Assembly: GCA_016179965.1 (NCBI GenBank)
Contig: JACPCF010000019.1
Coordinates: 561 to 64,560 of the forward strand
Direction of reading: 5' to 3'
Origin: Candidatus Rokuibacteriota bacterium
Lineage (GTDB): Bacteria; Methylomirabilota; Methylomirabilia; Rokubacteriales; CSP1-6
Length of the DNA: 64,000 nucleotides
In this document: one piece after another, positions 35,811 through 45,231 of the stretch
Layout: every line of letters begins with the position of its first letter
Position numbering within the stretch: the stretch's first letter is position 1
Notes under the pieces: generated by a model
The model's input: only the letters and a program-made list of their open reading frames with translations
The model's database searches: none
Told to the model about the DNA's origin: nothing
Position numbers and translations under genes: made by a program

Positions 35811-36341
35811 TTAGGGCCGGATGATCAGATTCGGGTGGCGACGCCAGAAATAATACCCCATGGCGGCGGCCGCCAGCACGTTGCCGATCAGGATCTCCTG
35901 CCACGCCAGCGCGTGCAGCAGCCGCTCGGCGAACAGCATCGCCGCCACGAGGAACCCGAACTCGAACACGACGAAGAGGAGCACGATGCCGAAGCCGAGG
36001 TCCGGCTTCCGTTCGGCCACCGCCAGGAGCCAGGCGGCGATGCCCCCGAGCACGCAGAAGACGAGCCCGTGAACCCACGTGTAGACCAGGACCAGCTCGA
36101 AGGACACCGGCAGGCTCTCGGGCGCGGGAACTCCGCCGCCGGGGCGGAAGAGGACCGAGCCAAGGACCGTCGGGGTGTAGAAGGGCCGTCCTTTGATCGT
36201 GTCCAGGAGGAGGAACCAGATGGCGATCGTCGCCGCTCCGATCACACCCGCAACGATCCCTTCCTGGGCCAGCCGGGAGCCCCCGGAGGCCTCTCGCTCT
36301 GCCGTCGCCCTGCTGGTCACCCCCGGTTGAGCGGTCATCAC
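35811..36341 (-). CDS. integral membrane protein, hypothetical
   Basis: 176 aa, about 4 TM helices. Confidence 0.5.
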   Translation of the reverse strand: MMTAQPGVTSRATAEREASGGSRLAQEGIVAGVIGAATIAIWFLLLDTIKGRPFYTPTVLGSVLFRPGGGVPAPESLPVSFELVLVYTWVHGLVFCVLGGIAAWLLAVAERKPDLGFGIVLLFVVFEFGFLVAAMLFAERLLHALAWQEILIGNVLAAAAMGYYFWRRHPNLIIRP

Positions 36342-36511
36342 GCACTCCCCCCTGTCGGGGCGGACGCTTCAGGACGGAAACTTGGAGCGAGTGTAGGCGG
36401 AGCGGCCAAAGGTGTCAAGACGGCCCCTCAGCGGGAATAAAGGGCAGCGGTTCCCCAACTAAGGGCCCCGGGCGCTTGACGCGACGCCCCGGCCGTCATA
36501 GGGTTTCCCGT

Positions 36512-37051
36512 ATGATCCGCATCGGCACGCGGGCCGTCCTCTTCGCGCTCCTTCTGGCCGCGCTGACCGGCTGCGAGACCATCTACAAGGCGGCGACCGA
36601 GGAGCGCTCGCTCTCCGTCCTGGTGGACGACGAAGTCATCACGGTCAAGATCAAGAAGGGGTTCCTCGACCGGGCCCCGAAAGCGCTCGGTCTCAGCGTC
36701 TTCTGCCATCAGGGGCTCGTGGTGCTGGCCGGCGTCGCCGATCCCCAAATCGGCGACCGGGCCGTCGCCATCGCGCGCGCCGTGGAAGGCGTCAAGCGCG
36801 TGGAGACGTACTTCCTGCCGGGCCAGCCGGCGCCGTTCCAGGATCTTCAGATCAGCGCGAAGATCAAGGCGAAGATCATCGGCGACGGGGCGCTGCGCGT
36901 CTCCCAGGTGGATATGGCCATCATCGCCGGCCACGCGGTCCTCACCGGCGTCGTAGACCGGACGGAAAAAATCGACCAGATCGTCCGCCACGCGCGATCC
37001 GTGGAGGGGGTCGTCGCGGTCAAGTCGTTCCTCCAGCTCAAAGCGCCGTAG
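36512..37051 (+). CDS. BON-domain lipoprotein (OsmY-like)
   Basis: lipobox LTGCE; two BON-like repeats. Confidence 0.65.
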   Translation: MIRIGTRAVLFALLLAALTGCETIYKAATEERSLSVLVDDEVITVKIKKGFLDRAPKALGLSVFCHQGLVVLAGVADPQIGDRAVAIARAVEGVKRVETYFLPGQPAPFQDLQISAKIKAKIIGDGALRVSQVDMAIIAGHAVLTGVVDRTEKIDQIVRHARSVEGVVAVKSFLQLKAP

Positions 37052-37405
37052 TCGCCGTCATCACGGGAGCCAGCAAGCCCGGAACATCTCGGGCCAGTGC
37101 ATCGCCGTCACCGCCGGAGTCCCCCCATCTAGGGCGCCTTCCAGATCACCCTTCCGTCCTTCCCATGGACTGACAGCGCCGGCGAGCCGTCCGGTCCCAC
37201 GCCAAAGATTGGCAATTCCTGACAATTTTGGGGCAGGGACCCCCCCGGCGTGGTGGGCTCGGCGGCACCCATCCCGGGTTCCCTGACTCAGCCTAAGGGC
37301 CCGTCAATCTGGAGATCCTAGCCTACCCAGGGCCCGGCCCGGACCCCAGTTTGGAATAATTTGGAGGATTGGCGAGAAGCTTGCAATAATTTTTGAAGGT
37401 GCCTC

Positions 37406-37660
37406 ATGACCCGGGTCCCTCTCGATGAGCGTCGCCAGCTCTTCCTCGCCCGGCAGCGGGCCAACCAGGCGCTGCGGGACCAGCTCCTCGCGCCCGACCC
37501 CCATCCTCTCTCACCGGCAGAGGCGTCCCATCACCGCCGTCGAATGGTCGTCAAAGCCGTCATGATCGCCATGCTGGTGGGCCTGGGGGTGATCGTGTTC
37601 CAGACGGTGACGTTCAATCCCCCGACCTCGATCGTCGAGGCGCTACTGCCCCGCTTCTAG
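37406..37660 (+). CDS. small membrane protein, hypothetical
   Basis: 84 aa, one TM helix; AT-rich direct repeats upstream. Confidence 0.35.
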   Translation: MTRVPLDERRQLFLARQRANQALRDQLLAPDPHPLSPAEASHHRRRMVVKAVMIAMLVGLGVIVFQTVTFNPPTSIVEALLPRF

Positions 37661-37725
37661 AGGCGGCGCGCCAATGGGGTGGGCCTTTCGTCGCTGCTCT
37701 GGAAGGAGTGGGTCGAAGGGCTCCT

Positions 37726-38230
37726 CTATCTCTTGCTCATGCCGTAAGGCAGGGCGAGATCCCGAACGACGCGCACGGTAGGCATCCGTCGAAACACCTC
37801 CGGCGAGACCTTGATCTTCCCGTTCCGCCCTCCCGTCCCCAAGATCACGTAGTCGAGCCCCATCACCCGCTCGTCCACCAAGATCGGGAGGCCGTCCGGC
37901 AGACCGAACACCGTGACGCCCCCCACTCGCATCCCCGTCAACTGCGCCATCTCTTCAGCCGACGCGAACGAGACCTTGGACGCGCCGAGCAGGTTGCGCA
38001 CGGCGTGATTGACGTCGAGCCGGGTGGTGGCGAGGACGACGCAGGCGGCGTGCCGCTTCGGCTCCTTCTTGGAAGCGACGATGATCGTGTTCCCCGCGTG
38101 GTCGGGCGGATAGCCGTAGCGCTCGCAGAAGGCGGCCGTGTCCGCGAAGTCCGGGTCGATGCGAACCACCTCGTAGGGGACGCCGAGCCCGTCCAGCGCT
38201 TCCCGTGTCTTCTGCTCGGGATCAGTCAAA
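37726..38230 (-). CDS. YbaK/aminoacyl-tRNA editing-domain protein (Cys-tRNA(Pro) deacylase-like)
   Basis: C-terminal 168 aa of ORF 37726..38829; proposed TTG start 5 nt from the tRNA 3' end. Confidence 0.55.
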
Positions 38231-38235
38231 TTACT

Positions 38236-38314
38236 GGCGGGGTCGACGGGATTTGAACCCGCGGCCTCTGGATTGACAGTCCAGTGTGCTAACCAGGCTG
38301 CACCACGACCCCGC
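38236..38314 (-). tRNA. tRNA-Asp (anticodon GTC)
   Basis: cloverleaf read by hand: acceptor GCGGGGT, anticodon loop cuGUCaa, T-loop GGTTCAAATCC. Confidence 0.8.
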
Positions 38315-38343
38315 GCGCACTTACGATACCATACCGCACTGGA

Positions 38344-38404
38344 CTTTGCCCCACTTGGCCCAAAACTTTGCCCTACTCGCGCTCGACTTTGCCCACTTTG
38401 CCCT
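38344..38404. repeat. four direct copies of ACTTTGCCC at 21-bp phasing spanning the integrase stop codon (candidate recombinase arm-type sites)
   Basis: copies starting 38344, 38365, 38386, 38395. Confidence 0.45.
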
Positions 38405-39500
38405 GCTCGGCCCGGGCGAGCCGCTCGGCGCCCTCCCGGAGCATGGCTTCGTCCACGATCGCGTAGCGGCGGTAGATGGCTTCCGTCTTGTGGCCCACCA
38501 GCTTCATCGCGACCGAGCGGGGGACGCCGGCCCGCTCCATGTTGCGCACGGCGCTTCGCCGGAAGTCGTGCGGGATCCGGCCCGGGACGCCGGCCTTCTT
38601 GCACGCCGAGCGCCAGACCTGGCGGAACCACTTGATCGGCCGCCCGTTCCGGTGGAAGACCCAGGGGATGATCCGACCCGTCCGCCGCTGGAGCGCCTCC
38701 GTCCCCGCCCGTTGCTCCTCGAGTGCGGCCCGAAGCTCGGGGGTCATGACGAAGGTGCGCCCCTCCCGGTTCTTCGTCGTCTCGGGCTCGAGGCGAACCG
38801 TGCCCGCCTTGAAGTCGACCTGCCGCCACTGAAGCGGCAGGATCTCGCTCCGCGTCCGCCAGCCGGTGATATAGGCGAACGTCACCACGGCTCTCAGCGC
38901 CTCCGGCAGGTACCGGCGGAGCGCCTCGAACTGCTCCCGCTCGAAGAACCCCTGGCGGACGTTCCGCTCCTCGAGGCGGGGGATCCTGGGCGCCCGATGG
39001 ATCCTCTCGGCGACCAGGGCGAGGGAGTACATCCGCTTGAGGGCGCAGAGCTCGCGGTTGATCGTGGCGTTGGCGGCGCCCTCCGCGTGCCGTCTGACCT
39101 CATAGGCGTTGGCGTCGGCCACCGTCACTTGCACCGCCCGCCGCTCGCCGAAGAACGCGAGGATATGCTCCAGGCAGAACTCCATCCGCTCCGACGAGCG
39201 GCGGCCGTTGGCCGCGTAGTCCTGCCGGAGGTCCTCGGCAAGATCGGCGACCTTGACCCGCTCGACCCGGGGGACGATGGCCCGCCCTTCAAGGGCCGCG
39301 CCCTCCCGCTGGCGCAGCAGCCGCCGCGCCTCCCCTTCCCTGTCCGTTCCCGAGGACTCACGGATCACCCGCCCGTCTAGCCGATACTTCACCCACCAGA
39401 TGCGCGATTCCCTGAGCGAACCATCACTGGCCCTGAACTTCGGCCGGTAGAGGCTTCCCATGTCCATCCTCCTTTCGGTTCTACCGGCTCTCGAAAGCAC
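38373..39500 (-). CDS. int: tyrosine-type site-specific integrase
   Basis: 375 aa; arm-binding and SAM-like domains; catalytic R...HDFRRS...Y pattern. Confidence 0.85.
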   Translation of the reverse strand: MLSRAGRTERRMDMGSLYRPKFRASDGSLRESRIWWVKYRLDGRVIRESSGTDREGEARRLLRQREGAALEGRAIVPRVERVKVADLAEDLRQDYAANGRRSSERMEFCLEHILAFFGERRAVQVTVADANAYEVRRHAEGAANATINRELCALKRMYSLALVAERIHRAPRIPRLEERNVRQGFFEREQFEALRRYLPEALRAVVTFAYITGWRTRSEILPLQWRQVDFKAGTVRLEPETTKNREGRTFVMTPELRAALEEQRAGTEALQRRTGRIIPWVFHRNGRPIKWFRQVWRSACKKAGVPGRIPHDFRRSAVRNMERAGVPRSVAMKLVGHKTEAIYRRYAIVDEAMLREGAERLARAEQGKVGKVERE

Positions 39501-39573
39501 ACGGGAACCCTAGGGCCAGCCGCGCGAGTCGTCAAGTGTATCGTCTTTTAGACAGGGGAGACCGTTGGGGCCC

Positions 39574-39735
39574 TCAGGCGTCTCGGCAATCCTCCACGAG
39601 GCGGTTTAGCTCCGTTATCTCGATCCTCAAGAGCCTTCCCCCTCCGGGAAGACGGACCACGCGGAGTTTCCCGCTTTCCACCCAGCTCCTGACCGTCCAG
39701 TAGGAAACTGCCAGATACTCTGCGGCCTGCCGCAT
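39574..39735 (-). CDS. xis: excisionase/AlpA-like helix-turn-helix DNA-binding protein
   Basis: MRQAAEYLAVSYWTVRSWVESGKLRVVRL. Confidence 0.6.
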   Translation of the reverse strand: MRQAAEYLAVSYWTVRSWVESGKLRVVRLPGGGRLLRIEITELNRLVEDCRDA

Positions 39736-40096
39736 GGTCAGGAGGCGAGGACGGATAGAGGAAGACTGCAGCACCGCGGTCTTCGCGCTGGCGTTACTCG
39801 CGCCGACTCCTGGGAGCACCCTGCCCTGATTTCCAGCGGCGAGAGGTGGTGCGGCCAGGTGGCCGTGACGATGCGGCTCACGATAGGGGTCAACTTCTGG
39901 CCGCGGCATGCCCGTAATCCCGGCAACGTGGATGCCAGGAGAAGGAGCCGATGGAAGAGCTTAGAGAGGCCTGACTTATTAGCGTGCTACGGATAGGAGC
40001 AACCGGCGCGTAGCCCCCGAGGGAGAGACGGGTTGCGCTTTCGTTGTCCTTTTGTTGCGCTTTCCGAGGACGGTGGGTAGCCCCCACTCCGTGTAG

Positions 40097-40300
40097 TTGG
40101 CCAGATACACGGACGGGATTGGCGATTCCTACGCGGGGCGGATGAGCGGGCGAGGCCGACACACGTTCGCGAGCCTGCTCCTCCCGCAGGGCGAAAACCC
40201 AGTCTACGTCCAGCGGCAGTTTTCGATCAAAGGGACCGTGGACACCTACCGACGATGGCTCTCGATGGGCACAAGCCAGCGGTGGACCGACTGGACGACG
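40097..40300 (+). pseudogene. tyrosine recombinase C-terminal fragment
   Basis: GRHTFASLLLPQGENPVYVQRQ matches the catalytic R-H-T-F-A...Y region only. Confidence 0.5.
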
Positions 40301-40373
40301 GAAGTGGTAGCAAAGCGGCAGCAAAAAACAATGAGCGTCCCGGAGGACGCCCTGCAAGGTCCTGAAAAATCTG

Positions 40374-40420
40374 GTGAGCCGTGGTGGGATCGAACCACCG
40401 ACCCCCTGCTTAAAAGTGAG
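40374..40420 (-). other. tRNA 3'-end fragment (T-arm GGTGG-TTCGATC-CCACC + acceptor + CCA); candidate att-site remnant
   Basis: no complete cloverleaf can be built. Confidence 0.4.
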
Positions 40421-40556
40421 CCGCCACGGCAACCCTGAGGATACCTCAGAGGACCTATCCGCGCAAGAAAGCGACGATCAGGGGTAGGTGATAGTTCTCC
40501 TGATATCCCTATGGTGCGGGGTGGTTTGGTAGCAGGATGGTAGCAAGCGACGGCGC

Positions 40557-40745
40557 TTGAACTTCCCCCTCCCCCGGGCTACTCTTGTCGCACTCTTGAC
40601 CGTCATCCGTCCGGCTCGGGGGAGGCATGGCATGAGGTGTTCCCGGTGCCAGCACGAGAACCCCGCACAGGCGAAGTTCTGCGAGGAGTGCGCTACTCCC
40701 CTAGGCCGGACCTGTGCCAACTCAGTGCTGAAGGAGTTAGGCTGA
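40557..40745 (+). CDS. zinc-ribbon domain protein (short or truncated)
   Basis: CSRCQHENPAQAKFCEECATPL. Confidence 0.35.
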   Translation: MNFPLPRATLVALLTVIRPARGRHGMRCSRCQHENPAQAKFCEECATPLGRTCANSVLKELG

Positions 40746-40804
40746 CCATCTCACCGACTCTTCTACGGAAGTAGCAATCTCCCGCTCAGCAAAAGGAGAA
40801 TCCG

Positions 40805-41350
40805 ATGTATGAGCCCACCGAACTAGCCCGCTTTGCGCTGTCGGAGTTCGAGCGTGGCCTCGAAGGCCTCACGGACTCGGAGGCCCGGACCCGCTTGACG
40901 AAGCCTGACGGCACGCAGATGAACGCCATCTCCTGGATCATTGGTCATGTTGCTCAGCACTGGCTGAGTGTTCGGTCCTTGGCTACGTTAGAGCGACGGC
41001 CCAGCGGTCTACGACCGTTCGTTTCGGGATCCGCGGCTGACCCCACCCCGCCGCCGCTCAGTGATGCGCTCAAGTTCTTTCATGACGCCAAGGTCAGCAT
41101 TAGTTGGATCGCTGACGCCGACAATGCACTGATGGCTACGACACGAGAGGAGATCGTCAAAGCAAGCGCAACAACCACCGCGATCGGTTTGGAGGTCCCT
41201 AAAGAGAGCGTAGGGACGGCGCTCATGCGTGCCATCCTCCACACGTGGTTCCACATCGGCGAGATCAACGCCATCCGCCAGATGCTCGGCCACCGGGAGA
41301 TCTTCTTTGTGGGTAGGCTGGTCGGCAATCTCGAGTGGCGCCCTAGCTGA
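40805..41350 (+). CDS. DinB_2/DUF664-like metal-dependent four-helix-bundle protein
   Basis: IIGHVAQHW ... ILHTWFHIGEINAIRQMLG His motifs. Confidence 0.55.
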   Translation: MYEPTELARFALSEFERGLEGLTDSEARTRLTKPDGTQMNAISWIIGHVAQHWLSVRSLATLERRPSGLRPFVSGSAADPTPPPLSDALKFFHDAKVSISWIADADNALMATTREEIVKASATTTAIGLEVPKESVGTALMRAILHTWFHIGEINAIRQMLGHREIFFVGRLVGNLEWRPS

Positions 41351-41352
41351 GC

Positions 41353-41400
41353 TGGAGCCGGCGGTGGGACTCGAACTCACGACCTGCTGATTACGAATCC
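41353..41400 (-). other. tRNA 3'-end-like fragment (T-loop TTCGAGT + acceptor + CCA); candidate att remnant
   Basis: only the 3' portion folds. Confidence 0.35.
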
Positions 41401-41613
41401 CGGCCTAACCTACACAAAAACCAACTTGCCCCAAAAACTCCCAAGACTTTCCGGCTCTATGGCCACTCACGAGTTGGGATGCGTGGGTTGGCTTCGGCAC
41501 CAGTTCTCGGACAGTTTTCGGACAGCAGACGGGGTCCTTGACCCCTCCGGGGCGGCGGGCTAACCTCGGCCTGCCCGTCCTAGGTCCACTGCCCGCTCGC
41601 TGGAGGCCCCGGC

Positions 41614-42072
41614 ATGAAGTGTCATCGCCCGGATCGGGCGGAGCTCGGCGACCACAGGTGGCGCGACCTTCTCGATCGTCACGACGCCCTCATTGACCGA
41701 GTGCTCGGCCGGTTTCGGGGCCGCCTCGTCGACAAGAGCGGAGATGGCATCCTCGCCGCGTTCGACGGCCCCGCGCGAGCGATTCGCTGCGCCACCACCA
41801 TCACGGAGTCAGTCCGGGGAATCGGCCTCGAAGTCCGCGCCGGCCTACACACCGGAGAGGTGGAGATTCGGGGCGATCGGCTCGCGGGGATCGCCGTCCA
41901 CATCGCTTCGCGGGTCTCCAACCTGGCGCGCCCGGGCGAGGTGCTCGTGTCGAGCACGGTGAAAGACCTCGTCGCGGGCTCGGGGATCCGCTTTGAGGGC
42001 CGGGGGATCCATTCGCTCAAGGGTGTGCCGGGTGAATGGGCGCTCTTCGCCGTGACCCCGGAGCCAGTGTGA
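41614..42072 (+). pseudogene. class III adenylate/guanylate cyclase catalytic-domain fragment
   Basis: GDGILAAFDGPARAIRCA...; lacks the N-terminal metal-binding part. Confidence 0.5.
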
Positions 42073-42436
42073 TGGAGCGCGCGCGATCCCGCCGCCGGTC
42101 CTCATGCACGCCACCGAGCCCTCACCCTCGGCCTGCTCACCGCGCACGACAGTAGCAAAACGTTAGCAGAAAACAAAAAGGAGTTAGCGCGACGAACGCC
42201 AACTCCTTGATTTGTTGGTTGCGGGGGCGCGCTTTGAATTGTGGACGCGACCGGCTTTGGACTTTGAATTTATCGTAAGTTACTGACGCCAGAGTCGGTC
42301 GTTGTGGTGGACCAAGGCTACGGCTAAGGAAAATTGCTTGTTTAGCCGCCTCTCTCATTTCTGCGCTTGACAGTCAGGAACGGTTTGCTTTAGTTAGAGA
42401 AAGGATTGATAAGAAAGCTCTTAGGGTCTTTCGGCC

Positions 42437-43513
42437 ATGACCATCAAGGATATCGCCAGCCGCTGCGGGGTGTCGGTGGCTACTGTCTCCCGGGTCCTAA
42501 ATCGTTTCCCGCATGTCCATCCTGCCCTCAGAGCCCGAGTAGAGCGGGAGATCCGCCGGGTAGGCTTCCGTCCCAACGGGGTGGCGCGAAGTCTGGTCCT
42601 CAAAAAAACCAGGACCATCGGAGTCGTTGTCGCCGACATCACTAACCCCTTCTATTCGGAGATCGCCCGAGGGATCGAGGACCAAGTCAGGGCCCACGGC
42701 TACACCTCAGTGCTCTGCTCTACCGATAACCTCCCCAAACGCCAACTAGAGTACCTCCAGACTCTCCTCGAGAAGCGGGTGGATGGCCTAATCCTGGGTT
42801 CGGTGCGTCGCCGCGAGCCCGAGGTGGCCGCGCTGGCGCACAATGGGTTTGCCATGGTTCTGGTGAACCGCTCCTTTCGCTCTCCCCATGTCGATAGTGT
42901 GGTGGTAGACAACTATGCGGGCGCCCGTCGCCTCATGGAGTACTTGGTCGGCTTGGGGCACAGGCTGATCGCACACATCAGGGGTCCTCTCCAGTTCTCC
43001 ACCGGATATGATCGCTACCGAGGATACCGGGACAGCCTCCGTGCGCGCGGCCTGACCCCGGACCCCCGCTACGTGGTCTCGGGTGCCTTCCGGCGGGAGG
43101 ACGCGGTGGTGGCTACCCGTCGGCTTCTCGAGCTTCGACCCCGTCCTACCGCAATCTTCGCCGGCAACGATCTGATGGCTCTAGGCGCCCTGGAGGCCCT
43201 AGCCGAGGCGGGCCTGCGGATTCCCGCTGACATGGCGGTGGTGGGGTTCGATGACGTGGAACTGGCCTCCTACTGGGGGATCCGGCTCACCACCATGAGC
43301 CAGCGGATCTATGAGATGGGCCGGCTAGCGGTGGATCTCCTCATGGAGCGGATCGAGAAACGCCGCCGGGAGCGTCGGGCGATCATCCTTCAACCTGAGC
43401 TCGTGATCCGAGGCTCATGTGGGGGGCAGCCCATCTCTGGCGGGCTGGGTCAAGGCTCCCTCCCTCTCGAAACCCACCTGGACCGCGCTCAACTACGCAG
43501 GCCGCAGGGCTAA
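42437..43513 (+). CDS. LacI family transcriptional regulator
   Basis: N-terminal HTH IKDIASRCGVSVATVSRVLN plus periplasmic-binding-fold domain. Confidence 0.9.
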   Translation: MTIKDIASRCGVSVATVSRVLNRFPHVHPALRARVEREIRRVGFRPNGVARSLVLKKTRTIGVVVADITNPFYSEIARGIEDQVRAHGYTSVLCSTDNLPKRQLEYLQTLLEKRVDGLILGSVRRREPEVAALAHNGFAMVLVNRSFRSPHVDSVVVDNYAGARRLMEYLVGLGHRLIAHIRGPLQFSTGYDRYRGYRDSLRARGLTPDPRYVVSGAFRREDAVVATRRLLELRPRPTAIFAGNDLMALGALEALAEAGLRIPADMAVVGFDDVELASYWGIRLTTMSQRIYEMGRLAVDLLMERIEKRRRERRAIILQPELVIRGSCGGQPISGGLGQGSLPLETHLDRAQLRRPQG

Positions 43514-43650
43514 TCAGGGGGACAATAGGTCACTTCCTTATCGGCGGGATTTCCTCGGCCTCGGCCTGGCGATCTCTAAGAGGTCCTTGGGGCCAGGGTG
43601 AGGCTCCAGAAAAAGGGTCTTGACTCGGGAGACCTGAATAGGTTAAAAGG

Positions 43651-43664
43651 TGAAAACGTTTTCA
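43651..43664. promoter_or_regulatory. perfect 14-bp palindrome TGAAAACGTTTTCA (LacI-type operator candidate)
   Basis: between the lacI-family gene and the liv-type operon, just downstream of TTGACT-N17-TTAAAA promoter-like hexamers. Confidence 0.5.
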
Positions 43665-43797
43665 ACATATCTTGGGCGTTCGGAAGAAGCGAGATGGCCG
43701 AGGTTGAGCGGGGGATGTGGGACTTGGGGTCGATCCATCCTCCGGCATGGCCGAAACCCTAGACTTCTTGCTCCCCCACCCTGAAGGCGACACGCAA

Positions 43798-44481
43798 ATG
43801 TTGGCGTTGAAGCAGTTGACCAAAGCCTTCGGGGGCGTCCGGGCCATCGACAACCTGACCGTCAGCTTCGAGCCGCACAGGGTGCACGGGCTCATTGGCC
43901 CGAATGGGGCCGGGAAGACGACGCTCTTTAACCTCACCTCCGGGACCTTGCGACCGGACAACGGAGAGATTTCTTTCAACGGGGTCCCCATCACCTGGTG
44001 GAACCCCTGGAATATCGCGCGCCTGGGCATCGGCCGAACCTTTCAGACGATCCGCATCTTCCCCAAGATGACTGTGCTTCAAAACATGATGGTCCCCTAC
44101 GGCACTGATCCCAGCCGCTCGGTGGAGCTGTTGGAGTTCGTCGGGTTGAGGGAATTCAGGGACGCCCCCGCCCGAGAACTCTCCTACGGACAGCAGAAGC
44201 TTCTAGAGTTTGCGCGCGCGCTGGTCACGTCTCCCCGATTCGTTCTGCTGGACGAGCCCACCGCGGGCGTGAACCCGATCCTGGTCGAGAAGATTATGGG
44301 GCACATCCGGAACCTCACCCGGGATGGCAAAACCTTCATCGTCATCGAGCATGACATGAAGGTCATCATGAACCTGTGCGAGCGGATCGTGGTCCTCCAC
44401 AACGGAGAGAAGATCGCTGACGGTCCACCCGAGATGATCAAGACAAATCAGCAGGTGATCGACGCCTACTTCGGGGACTGA
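43798..44481 (+). CDS. livG: branched-chain amino acid ABC transporter ATP-binding protein (LivG-like)
   Basis: Walker A GPNGAGKTT, signature SYGQQKLLE. Confidence 0.85.
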   Translation: MLALKQLTKAFGGVRAIDNLTVSFEPHRVHGLIGPNGAGKTTLFNLTSGTLRPDNGEISFNGVPITWWNPWNIARLGIGRTFQTIRIFPKMTVLQNMMVPYGTDPSRSVELLEFVGLREFRDAPARELSYGQQKLLEFARALVTSPRFVLLDEPTAGVNPILVEKIMGHIRNLTRDGKTFIVIEHDMKVIMNLCERIVVLHNGEKIADGPPEMIKTNQQVIDAYFGD

Positions 44482-44482
44482 G

Positions 44483-45187
44483 ATGCTCCATCTCGAGAAT
44501 GTCGTCTCAGGGTACGGGAAGATCGAGATCCTCCACGGCGTCACCCTCGATGTGAGGACGGGGGAGGTCGTCTCCATCATCGGACCTAACGGGTCCGGTA
44601 AGTCGACCCTCTTCAAGACCGTCATGGGGTTTCTCACGCCCGCCGCCGGCGCCATCCGCTTCGACGGACGGGAGATCACTGGGCTTCCTCCTGAGGAGAT
44701 CATCCGCCGACAGATTTCGTGCGTTCCCCAGGGACGCTGCACGTTTCCCCACATGACGGTCAAGGAAAATCTGGAGCTCGGTGGCTACATTCACCGCAAC
44801 CGCCAAGAGGTAAGCCGGGCACTTGAGGAAGTCTTCGCTCAGTTTCCCATCCTGAAGGAACGACGCCGCGCCGTGGCGGGCTCGCTGAGCGGTGGGGAGC
44901 AGCAGATGGTGGAAATGGCTCGGGCGCTCATGCTTCGCCCCAAAGCGTTGTTGCTCGACGAACCGTTGCTGGGCCTGGCGCCCAAGGTGCGGGGGGTCAT
45001 ACTGGACAAAGTTCTCGAGTTGAACGCTGCCGGTGGGACCGTGCTGCTCATCGAACAGAACGCGCGGCGTGCGCTCGAGATCGCTCATCGGGCATATGTC
45101 TTGGAACTGGGCCGGATCAGGTTCGAGGGGCCAGGAGGAGAGCTGCTGGCCGATAAGAAGGTCCGGCGGCTCTATATCGGAGAGTGA
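44483..45187 (+). CDS. livF: branched-chain amino acid ABC transporter ATP-binding protein (LivF-like)
   Basis: GPNGSGKST, LSGGEQQM. Confidence 0.85.
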   Translation: MLHLENVVSGYGKIEILHGVTLDVRTGEVVSIIGPNGSGKSTLFKTVMGFLTPAAGAIRFDGREITGLPPEEIIRRQISCVPQGRCTFPHMTVKENLELGGYIHRNRQEVSRALEEVFAQFPILKERRRAVAGSLSGGEQQMVEMARALMLRPKALLLDEPLLGLAPKVRGVILDKVLELNAAGGTVLLIEQNARRALEIAHRAYVLELGRIRFEGPGGELLADKKVRRLYIGE

Positions 45188-45231
45188 TTCCGCCAACCGT
45201 CTCCCGCCGCGGAGACAGAGGAGGGCATACG

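Noticed and set aside
38286-39380. 364-aa plus-strand ORF
   Set aside because: Antisense to the tyrosine integrase; composition artefact.
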